Origin: Promethearchaeota archaeon
GTDB lineage: Archaea > Asgardarchaeota > Lokiarchaeia > Sigyniarchaeales > SOKP01
Length of the DNA: 21,707 bases
Reading direction: 5' to 3'
NCBI GenBank assembly: GCA_048937405.1
Contig: JBHLNF010000024.1
Coordinates: forward strand, 1-21,707
This document shows positions 8,534-16,706 of the stretch, one piece after another. Position 1 is the first letter of the stretch. Each line of letters starts with the position of its first letter. A program made the position numbers and the translations under genes. Under the pieces are notes generated by a model, which searched no databases, was not told the DNA's origin, and saw only the letters and a list, made by a program, of their open reading frames with translations.

Positions 8534-9277
8534 TTATTCTCTAAAGACAAATCGGCTGTATCGATTCATTTGACCAAAATAGTCGAATAAGGCATCTACT
8601 CCTCTAATTCGTAAATCAGTATTAAGGGAGATTTTATTGTGAAGAAGTCCCATAGGGGGGATTTTAGCCATTTCATCTGCAATATTATTAACTTCTTCTT
8701 CCAGTTTATCTCGTGGGACACTCAAGCTAACAAGTCCCATTTCTTCTGCTTGTTTTCCAGATACTGTTCGACCGGTCATTATCAAGTATCGTCCTTTTTT
8801 GACACCTAAATACAGTTGCCATAAAGGCATACTCGGTGCTCCGCCCCATTTTATAGCAGGGTGTCCGAGTATCGCATCTTCTGCTGCCACTGAAATATCA
8901 CATAGTAATTGAAGATAACATCCAGCATCGGTACAGTAACCATGAATCTGGGCAATAGTAGGTTTTGGAAAATATAATATCCTTGGGTATTTTGCATATA
9001 TCTTTTTATTCAGGATTTCATATGAGTTTTTATACTTCCATCCTCCTTCGGGTACTGTCATATAATAGGATTGCTTTAGATCAAAACCAGAACAAAAACT
9101 CTTCCCGTTAGCTTTTAACACAATTACTTTTGCTTTATCATCTGCTTCAGCCTCATTAAGTACTGCATCTAAATCATCAAGTAACTGAAAATTTAGGGCA
9201 TTATGTTTTTCTGGCCTATTTAAAGTTATATAGCCAGTATGTTTAATAGTCTCATAAATTAATGTTTCATATTCCAT
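8534..9277 (-). CDS. Enoyl-CoA hydratase/isomerase (crotonase) family protein
   Basis: ITLNRPEKHNAL, FCSGFDL, KPTIAQIHG, MTGR...AEEMGLV. Confidence 0.92.
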   Translation of the reverse strand: MEYETLIYETIKHTGYITLNRPEKHNALNFQLLDDLDAVLNEAEADDKAKVIVLKANGKSFCSGFDLKQSYYMTVPEGGWKYKNSYEILNKKIYAKYPRILYFPKPTIAQIHGYCTDAGCYLQLLCDISVAAEDAILGHPAIKWGGAPSMPLWQLYLGVKKGRYLIMTGRTVSGKQAEEMGLVSLSVPRDKLEEEVNNIADEMAKIPPMGLLHNKISLNTDLRIRGVDALFDYFGQMNRYSRFVFRE

Positions 9278-9435
9278 ATTAACACCTTTTAATTTTTATA
9301 TTATTTCAACTAATCATTGAAATTTTATAAAAACTTTTGAATATTTCTAAAAATCAAAAAATGAAGCCTCTTTTTTAATTTATATTTATAAAACGCATTG
9401 ACTCATTTAAGTTTAAAATCAAAATATATTTTAGA

Positions 9436-9663
9436 ATGTGTTCTGAGAAATTAGTAAAAATTGCAGACGTTATCATTCTATTAAGCCTTACTATTCAAAC
9501 TTTAAGAAATCGGTTAAACAGCTGATATATGAATACTATCATCGGAAAAGGAGGACATTGAAAGTTCCGAAGGTATAAAACAAATAAGATGAAAAAAGAA
9601 CTTTTAGAGGGGATTTGAGAAAAATAATTTTCTTTAAAAGAATTAAATAAGAGAGAGAAATAG
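9436..9663 (+). pseudogene. tnpA: Decayed, internally deleted IS607-family tnpA (MerR-type HTH remnant)
   Basis: Translates MCSEKLVKIADVIILLSLTIQTLRNRLNS*YMNTIIGKGGH*KFRRYKTNKMKKELLEGI*EK*FSLKELNKREK*. This resembles the IS607 TnpA HTH (QTLRNW..G...GGHRR). Stops at 9523, 9559, 9616 and 9625; the final TAG abuts the tnpB ATG; no serine-recombinase catalytic domain. Confidence 0.72.
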
Positions 9664-11184
9664 ATGAAACAAACCATAAAATTTCGTTTATATCCAACCA
9701 GCTCCCAGGAGCATCAATTACACAATATTTTTACAATCTATAACAAAATTAAGCGAATCGGATATAAATTATTTTATGAGCTAAGAGAGATTGATTTATC
9801 TAAAAATGAAAAGCGTAAAATTGTCCAACCTCACTTAATGGAACTTTGTCAGAATAATCCTTATGTAAATAGCATTCTAATCGACTGTGAAAAAAGATTA
9901 GCTCAACAAGAAGCGTGGCTTGAAAAACGAGCAAGATTCCTCATAAATCAAATCGAAACAATTAAAAATGAAATAGCACGGATAGTGGAAAAGGATAACA
10001 AGGATAGAAGATTAAAAGGACTTTATTCTCGGTTATCCTTTGCGCAAAACAAATTAGATATTTTGCAATTTAAGCCTGTTGTATTTGGTACAAAGAGATT
10101 ATTTAGAATGCGAATTTTACGAAAGATGACCAGAAAAGAATTTAGATTCAAAAGAGATTCTTCATTTTGCTGTATAGGAAAGAAGCAAGGGATTAATTTA
10201 AATTTGAAAATCCTTCCAAACATGACTCTCAAAGTAAGGACGTTCTCTAAAGAAAAGGAAAAGAAATGGCTAATTATCCCCTTTACAGTTAATTACATGC
10301 AAGAAAAGTGGTTTGATGAAATACTTGATTTAGAGCTTTATCAAGTTGAAGTAGTAAGGAGGATTAATAAAGGAAGAGTCCTCTGTTTCGCACATATTAC
10401 CTATGAAATTCCAGAAGAAGAGCCACGCCATGGATTTGAAAACGGAGCAATTGGGCTTGACATGAATTATAATTTTGCTTGCCTTAGTAATGTGGATATA
10501 CGAGGGAATTTTAAGAGCTTTCACGAAATCCACTTCAGAAATTTACACTCATATCGTAAATACAAACGTACCGATTATATTAATTATAAGATGGAAAAGG
10601 TGGTAAACTATTGTTTAAATAAGAAGAAAGGACTTGTTATTGAAGATCTTTTTTTTGAACAAGAATTCTCTTATGGGAAAAAACGAAATAGAAAGTTCAA
10701 TAATTTCAAAACATCAGCGTTAGACTTATTAGAACGAAAATGTCTTAAACGAGGAGTTTCAATTAAAAGAGTACATCCAGCATACACCACATTAATTGGT
10801 AAATATAAATATTCACAATTATATAACTTCTCTACTCATATATTAGCAAGTTATGTAATAGCTCGAAAAGGTCTGGGGTTTTCGGAAGAGATTCCCGTCC
10901 GTTACAAGTGGGTGCTTGCACAAGTCGGGGACGCGATAAAGCCCCGTTTGAAACCAAGCAGTCCCTACCGTGATTGGGCAAAACTTCACGACTTTTTCAA
11001 GCATAGCGGGATAACGTCCTTCAAGACTTCCAAAGTAATGCAAAAAACATTACAAATGAAGCATGTCTTGAACTCGGTAACGAGCGAACAGCCTGATAAC
11101 CTTAGGGTTGGCCTTTCCTCTTCAGGAAAGATTGATAATTGGAATAAATTTTGGAAATTTATAGAAATTACCAATTTTTTATAA
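9664..11184 (+). CDS. tnpB: TnpB-related RNA-guided nuclease family protein (zinc-finger-less, RuvC D-E-H type)
   Basis: 506 aa. KFRLYPT N-terminus, VVFGTK, RuvC-I IGLDMN, RuvC-II LVIEDL, VHPAYTTLIGKYKY, STHILASYVIARKGLG. Confidence 0.88.
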   Translation: MKQTIKFRLYPTSSQEHQLHNIFTIYNKIKRIGYKLFYELREIDLSKNEKRKIVQPHLMELCQNNPYVNSILIDCEKRLAQQEAWLEKRARFLINQIETIKNEIARIVEKDNKDRRLKGLYSRLSFAQNKLDILQFKPVVFGTKRLFRMRILRKMTRKEFRFKRDSSFCCIGKKQGINLNLKILPNMTLKVRTFSKEKEKKWLIIPFTVNYMQEKWFDEILDLELYQVEVVRRINKGRVLCFAHITYEIPEEEPRHGFENGAIGLDMNYNFACLSNVDIRGNFKSFHEIHFRNLHSYRKYKRTDYINYKMEKVVNYCLNKKKGLVIEDLFFEQEFSYGKKRNRKFNNFKTSALDLLERKCLKRGVSIKRVHPAYTTLIGKYKYSQLYNFSTHILASYVIARKGLGFSEEIPVRYKWVLAQVGDAIKPRLKPSSPYRDWAKLHDFFKHSGITSFKTSKVMQKTLQMKHVLNSVTSEQPDNLRVGLSSSGKIDNWNKFWKFIEITNFL

Positions 11185-11327
11185 ATAATTATAAGGTTAG
11201 TAATTGGTATCATTATTTAGAACACTTAAGTTCCAATGATTGTTAAACAAAGGATCTAAGAAAATTTAAGAGTCTAAATAGTTATATAATTGCTTAGCAA
11301 AAAATTAGGTTTATAATGATTTGAGGT

Positions 11328-12020
11328 GTGACAGATTTGCCACAAACAGCCAAAATAGAAAGTGAAAAACCTCAGTTACAATTAGCATTAGATTTTGAAT
11401 CTATAGATGAAGCATTAGCAATTGCCAAAGATGTAGCAGCATTTGTAGATATTATGGAGGCTGGAACGCCTTTAATAAAATCTGAGGGGATGCGAGCTAT
11501 TAAAATATTAAAAGATACATACCCTGACAAACTTGTATGTGCTGATTTAAAAACTGCGGATGCAGGATATCTAGAGGTGAAAATGGCAGCAAAAGCGAAA
11601 GCGGATATCGTATCGATATTAGCGGATGCGTATGAATCTACAATTAGAGAGGCTTTACGTGCTGCCCATGAATTTCATGTAGAAATTATTGCAGACCTGA
11701 TCATGTCTCGATCACCTGCTATTACGTTAGCAGGGCTTATAGATATTAAATATAAAAATACAAAATTAGATTATGCACTTGTCCATAGTGGGCTAGATCG
11801 CCAATCATCGAGAAGAGCTCCACTTTTTGAGTTAGAATCCATAGCACGTTTAAGAGACCATCCAAAATTAGCGATTGCTGGGGGGATAAGAGCGACTGAC
11901 ATTTCTCAAATATTGGCTTTTCCAGTAGCAATTATAATTGTGGGTGGCGGAATTACTCGTGCTGAAAATCCCACTAATGCTGCAAAAGATATTCGGAAAG
12001 AGATTGATAAGTACACTTAG
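11328..12020 (+). CDS. hxlA: 3-hexulose-6-phosphate synthase (HPS/OMPDC barrel); alternative start TTG at 11337
   Basis: LQLALD, EAGTPLIKSEG, ADLKTADAG, IAGGI, IVGGGIT. GAGGTG at 11323-11328 suits the TTG at 11337 better. Confidence 0.88.
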   Translation: MTDLPQTAKIESEKPQLQLALDFESIDEALAIAKDVAAFVDIMEAGTPLIKSEGMRAIKILKDTYPDKLVCADLKTADAGYLEVKMAAKAKADIVSILADAYESTIREALRAAHEFHVEIIADLIMSRSPAITLAGLIDIKYKNTKLDYALVHSGLDRQSSRRAPLFELESIARLRDHPKLAIAGGIRATDISQILAFPVAIIIVGGGITRAENPTNAAKDIRKEIDKYT

Positions 12021-12319
12021 CAAATAAATAAAACTGCTTAAAAGTGATTATATTCAAATTCGTTTTCATAATTTTTTTCTCAAATATAACCGGTTCTTCG
12101 ATTTTTTACTATTTATATTAATTTATTTTGTCATTTGATTGAAATTCCTTTGTTTCATGTGAAAAAACGGCACAATAATGGTATTTATATAGATTCTTTG
12201 CTTAATCATATGTAATATTATTAGAGTTCGGTGGCTAAACCAACTTCTTTTGGAGTAATTTGTAAGGCTAGTATCTAATTGATGATGTGTGTTATTTAAA
12301 GATTGGGTTTTAATAGTAC

Positions 12320-13459
12320 ATGGCGGAATATGATTTTACTTATAAAATAATACTTTTTGGAGACGCATCAGAGGGAAAGTCATATTTTGCGAGAAGTTTT
12401 TGCAATCAGTTATTTATGAGTGATACAGGAATCACTATTGGTGTTGATTTTTTTGTTCGATTGATCGAAATATTTGGAATAAAGGTTAAATTTCAAATTT
12501 GGGATATCTCGCCGGATGAAAGGTTTAAATTTTTAATTCCAACATATTGTAGAGGTGCCAAAGTAGGTATAATAATTTATGACGTTACAAATACAAATTC
12601 TTTAACTCATATTCTTGAAAATATTCAGGTAATAAGGCAAGGGGCCGGAGATATTCCAATTATGATAGTTGGAATCAAATGCGTAGAAGATCCTCAAGAA
12701 AATACAAGACTTCAAGAAATACAAACAGGCTATTTAGAGAATGTTCAAAATGCTGAGATTTTTTTTGAGAACGTAGCAATAAACTTAATTGAAGGATTTA
12801 GCTCAGATATTATAACTATAAAAAAACCTATAGATATAAAAAGAAAGTCATATAGAGAAAAATGGCCTGAATTCAGAGTAAATAAGTACTTGACTCTCAG
12901 GTTAGAAAATAATAGAACCAATATTTATGTTGGTAGAAAATTATTCAATCAATGTAAGTATTTATTATTAAACATTGCTCGAGACAGATTTGAAGATTAT
13001 GATGAGCTTGAATCTATCGATGAAGCCTCAGAGAAGCTTGATGATTCAATGCATGGTTCAAGTTTCCAAAAGAATTATATATCTCCTGAGGTAGAATTTT
13101 GGGGACATTGTTCAAATCTACAAGCGTGGTATGAAAATAACTACAACACACGATTATTGCATAGAAATTTATCATTTTCTTTATTAGAAGCTCTAATGAA
13201 AGTGGGAGATCCCCTAGCAAAAAAGGTATTTAAAGAGGAAATTGCGGAGAGACTTGAGAGTGGTTATCCGTCCGTGGTTATGTACCTAATAAAACAAAAT
13301 TATTTAAAATATTTAACTCAAGAGGAATTGCAAACTGTCTTTGAAAATACTAAAATTCAAAAGGGTTTATCAAAATGGTTTGAAGATTCAAGACTTATTC
13401 CGAGATGGTTATCTCTAAAAATTAAATCTGAATTGAAAGTTCAGAAGTTATGGAAATAA
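12320..13459 (+). CDS. Rab-like small GTPase domain (degenerate) fused to an uncharacterised 'EFWGHCSNLQAW' domain
   Basis: N-terminus: GDASEGKS, TIGVDF, QIWDISPDERF, YDVTN. C-terminus: EFRVNKYLTLRLEN...FNQCKYLLLNI...SIDEA...EFWGHCSNLQAW...RLLHRNLSF...GDPLAKKVFKEEI. Confidence 0.88.
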   Translation: MAEYDFTYKIILFGDASEGKSYFARSFCNQLFMSDTGITIGVDFFVRLIEIFGIKVKFQIWDISPDERFKFLIPTYCRGAKVGIIIYDVTNTNSLTHILENIQVIRQGAGDIPIMIVGIKCVEDPQENTRLQEIQTGYLENVQNAEIFFENVAINLIEGFSSDIITIKKPIDIKRKSYREKWPEFRVNKYLTLRLENNRTNIYVGRKLFNQCKYLLLNIARDRFEDYDELESIDEASEKLDDSMHGSSFQKNYISPEVEFWGHCSNLQAWYENNYNTRLLHRNLSFSLLEALMKVGDPLAKKVFKEEIAERLESGYPSVVMYLIKQNYLKYLTQEELQTVFENTKIQKGLSKWFEDSRLIPRWLSLKIKSELKVQKLWK

Positions 13460-13514
13460 GAGATTTAAAGTAGTAAAAATAAATTATTCTATTTCTTTTA
13501 TAAATCACTAGTAA

Positions 13515-13565
13515 ATAGGGAGCCTGAATTAAATAATTAGGTTATGGGCTCTATCTTCTTTTTTT
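13515..13565 (+). terminator. Putative terminator: hairpin plus T-tract after the Rab fusion gene
   Basis: ATAGGGAGCCTG...TGGGCTCTAT stem followed by CTTCTTTTTTT. Confidence 0.4.
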
Positions 13566-13815
13566 CCTAAATTTATACTTTTTCTATTAATTCATAGGAC
13601 AAAAATGAAATAAGTCAAAAATACTAATATTTTTACTATTTTCCACTAATTTCCATGACAAAAAAGAAATCCTGATTAAAATCTAACAATATATTTAAAT
13701 ATTGGTGAAGTTATGAGTATTCTTGTATAAAATTTAGTTACTAAAATATATAAGGCGTTAGTAGAGTCTAAGAAGACACACAAAAGGAGCTTAGAAGGGG
13801 TTAGGCAGGATTATT

Positions 13816-14370
13816 ATGTATGATGCAATTTTAAAAACTGTCATTTTGGGCGATGTTGATACTGGTAAAACAACTCTAATACGAAGGTTTATCACAAACA
13901 AATTCAATCCAGGTTGTATGAGCACAATTGGCATTGATTTTCAAACTAAAGATTATGAGCTTGATGGATCTGAACTAAAGTTAATGATCTGGGATTTTGC
14001 GGGACAAAGAAGATTTCATTATATGTTTCCTAAATATTTATATGGTGCCTTAGGAGGAATTTTAATGTATGATATCACAAACTACTCCTCCTTTTCTCAT
14101 ATTGGTAAATTATTATCACTCGTCCAAGAAACGAATCAATCTTTACCATTTTTATTAATTGGTTCAAAGTTGGATTTAGAAGATGTTAGAGAAGTTCCTA
14201 AAGAAGTTGGATGGAGAGTTGCCAAATCAATGGGATTAAATGGATTTATAGAATGTTCCAGTAAAACTGGTGAGAACGTCGAGCTCGTATTAGAAACATT
14301 AATGCGATTAACTTTAAATAATATGTTAATCAATAAAGAAAAAATAATAGAAGTAGAAGGCATACCTTAA
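13816..14370 (+). CDS. Rab-like small GTPase (Ras superfamily)
   Basis: G1 GDVDTGKT, G2 STIGIDF, G3 WDFAGQ, G4 GSKLD, G5 ECSSK. No C-terminal prenylation Cys. Confidence 0.95.
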   Translation: MYDAILKTVILGDVDTGKTTLIRRFITNKFNPGCMSTIGIDFQTKDYELDGSELKLMIWDFAGQRRFHYMFPKYLYGALGGILMYDITNYSSFSHIGKLLSLVQETNQSLPFLLIGSKLDLEDVREVPKEVGWRVAKSMGLNGFIECSSKTGENVELVLETLMRLTLNNMLINKEKIIEVEGIP

Positions 14371-14792
14371 AATTTTATAAATAAGGTTTCTGGCTAATTC
14401 CACCGATTAAAGATTTGGTTAGTTAATTTCATAGAGCTCATTTTGGGTCCTATACAAATCATATACTATTTTTATTTTTGGTCTTTCTTCTTTTTTGCTA
14501 TCTTCTTTAGATTTTTAGAACTGGTATTAAAATTGTTTGAAAAATCTACACTAATTTCAAGAGGATTATCTCTTAAAATAAAATCTGGAATTAAAAGTCA
14601 AAAATTTGTAGAAATATGAGATTGAAAGTAGTAAAAAGTCAGCACTCTTTCTTTTTTATATTGTCTTTGACTAGTATTATTTTTTTTTTCAAAATTAAAG
14701 AATTTGAATTTTTTCCTATATGAGATATTTATATATATAAAAAATCCTTTATTAATCAAAATATTATACATACTAAGTTTTGATAAATAAAT

Positions 14793-15104
14793 TTGAAAAG
14801 CGTGTTTATAACGTCTAAACTAGATATGCATGTCTTATTGAAAAGTGAAGAAGAAAATTTTTGTGCTAAATGCTGCAAAACAATGAATATTATTGATCGA
14901 ATGTTTGCATCCATACCAGAATTAAAAGAAAAAATCGAAGTAACCTATGAGGATGTTTATTCATCTGAAACAATAGAAAAGTTTGGAGAATTAACCCCAC
15001 CAGCAATCGTCGTTGGTGATCATCTTCTAACAGAAGGACATGTTCCAATTTTGAAAAAACTCGCAAGTGAGTTATTTAAAATAATGGAACCTGCAAAAAG
15101 TTAA
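14793..15104 (+). CDS. Small thioredoxin-fold protein
   Basis: CAKC motif, TPPAIVVGD cis-Pro loop and EGHVP; TTG start. Confidence 0.75.
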   Translation: MKSVFITSKLDMHVLLKSEEENFCAKCCKTMNIIDRMFASIPELKEKIEVTYEDVYSSETIEKFGELTPPAIVVGDHLLTEGHVPILKKLASELFKIMEPAKS

Positions 15105-15179
15105 ACCTTTTTCTATTAATTAATATTCCTCACGGAGTTAAAGGATTAAGAAATGTATTTTTAAATTAAATTTAATATT

Positions 15180-16337
15180 TTATACTTTACGTCCTGAGAT
15201 CATTTTCCCCAGCATTTTGAGGGTACCAATAAATCCCCTTTTCTTCACCATTATTTTCGCATACATTATCCCAGAATTCTTGGGGGGTGTTTTAGTTTTT
15301 CCTTTTTTATAGAGTTTCATAGCTTTCATTCCGCAAGTTGGGACACAATTACCACATCCAATACACCTATCCAAATTAACAATTGCTTTGTTATTTTCTA
15401 GTGAGATTGCATCCATTTGACATCGCTTTATACATGTTTCACATCCATTGCAGAGTTCTGGATTCGATTGTGCAAAAAAATTAGAAGAGTAATATTCAGC
15501 CGGTTTAGGATATTGTTTAGCCATCTTTAGAACACCACAACAACATCCACAACAGACACACATAAAAGAAGGATTTTTACTATTTTCAGGTTGCAGGACA
15601 AAACCTTCTTTTTGAAATTTCTTTAGAATATCAAACATTTCTTCTTTAGTAACTTCTTTTCCTATTCCATCTTCAATTCGTCTTGCTGCGGAATCATTAA
15701 ACATGACACAACATCGACGAGTGTTCGAAAGTTTACATGGTTCATTAAGAACATCATGTTCTTCACGGCACACACAGTTCATTATTGCGATTTTATCGAC
15801 TTTAGTTGTGATTATTTCTCGTATATTATCATATGTACTAACAGTGTAATCTGGAGAAAGGCTTTTTTCCACAGGAATCGTACGCATTTGACTAGGTTTC
15901 TTTTTATTATGAAATTCTTTATAAAATACATCAAGTGTATAGTCATTAGCAAGTTTGGCAAATTCTTTTGTAATCCTCCCTAGTTGATATTCAAAAATAC
16001 CAATAGCCCATTGAGCTAGTCTGTAGCGCCTTCTATTATGTTTTTTGTCATATATGGAGCCTCCTCCCTGAATTGCTCCTTTTTCATCAAGATTATTTAA
16101 TAATTTTTCCAATCTTTCCTTGGATATTGATATACCAGTCTTTGTAACTCGTTTATGAATCTTGTCTAAAGATTCTGGAAGAGCACTTAAATGAATGGCA
16201 ATCTCAGCTTCCTCTGGTGTAAAAAGAAGTTTCAATATTTCAATCTCTAAACCAGTTTCATGTGTCGGAAAGTTAATGGGCATACGTTCGTCAATTTCTT
16301 TATGGAGTTTTTTATAAACATCATCTTCTATTTGCAT
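15180..16337 (-). CDS. 4Fe-4S dicluster ferredoxin-domain protein
   Basis: CNGCETCIKRC and CIGCGNCVPTC motifs, plus CVCR and CVCCGCCCG. N-terminal ILKLLFTPEEAE helix region. Confidence 0.92.
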   Translation of the reverse strand: MQIEDDVYKKLHKEIDERMPINFPTHETGLEIEILKLLFTPEEAEIAIHLSALPESLDKIHKRVTKTGISISKERLEKLLNNLDEKGAIQGGGSIYDKKHNRRRYRLAQWAIGIFEYQLGRITKEFAKLANDYTLDVFYKEFHNKKKPSQMRTIPVEKSLSPDYTVSTYDNIREIITTKVDKIAIMNCVCREEHDVLNEPCKLSNTRRCCVMFNDSAARRIEDGIGKEVTKEEMFDILKKFQKEGFVLQPENSKNPSFMCVCCGCCCGVLKMAKQYPKPAEYYSSNFFAQSNPELCNGCETCIKRCQMDAISLENNKAIVNLDRCIGCGNCVPTCGMKAMKLYKKGKTKTPPKNSGIMYAKIMVKKRGFIGTLKMLGKMISGRKV

Positions 16338-16706
16338 AATAATATCCCTTTTTTATTTTCGAATCATTATTTTTACCTAATTAAATGAATGAATAATTAT
16401 TAAAAAGAAAGATAAATATCTCCTTCTCTATAATTTTACAAAAAACCCTATTCAAATTTTATTCTATATAGTCATTGAAATGTAAAATTATTATTTAATC
16501 TAAAAAATTTACTTTACTACTATGAATTATAACTCGTATTTAAAATAGAAAGAGAATTAAATCTCCATAAGTGAACTTTTTTTTACTTATTCAAAATAAA
16601 CTCTTCTTAGATTTTGATAATTAATATTTAAGAAATGTTAAGAGAATAAATATTAGTTTTTAAATGACTTTTTAAAAAAAAAAAAGAGATTAGGTAAAAA
16701 TCAAAT

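Larger units (their letters stand above)
9436..11280 (+). mobile_element. IS607-like element (tnpA remnant + tnpB-related gene); exact ends unresolved
   Basis: TnpA HTH remnant, TnpB-related ORF, hairpin-rich 3' region, and weak short repeat units ATCTAAG/ATTTAAG/GTCTAAA at 11254-11278. Confidence 0.6.

Noticed and set aside
9300-9435. Exact left end of the IS607-like element
   Set aside because: No GG crossover dinucleotide or clear repeat array can be identified in this AT-rich stretch. An empty-site comparison is needed.
9436-9663. Three in-frame TGA codons as selenocysteine or recoding
   Set aside because: The first two fall where Gly/Arg are expected (single-base GGA/CGA to TGA changes). 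A TAA is also in frame and no SECIS-like element was seen. Pseudogene decay is the simpler explanation.
9278-11330. Cas12f/Cas14-type CRISPR system around the 506-aa RuvC protein
   Set aside because: No repeat-spacer array or cas1/cas2/cas4 lies on either side. The tnpA remnant points to an IS origin.
13589-13670. Imperfect direct repeat AATTCATAGGACAAAAATGAAAT / AATTTCCATGACAAAAAAGAAAT
   Set aside because: Only two degenerate AT-rich copies, not distinguishable from background by eye.
12228-14420. Short matches flanking the GTPase pair (TCGGTGG/CCACCGA; TTAAAGATT.GGTT twice) as mobile-element ends
   Set aside because: Too short, inconsistent orientation, and no target duplication or transposase.
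14472-14597. Minus-strand open frame of about 41 codons (LLIPDFILRDNPLE...KKKKDQK*)
   Set aside because: No canonical start, SD or recognisable motif. It may be a gene remnant but cannot be supported.
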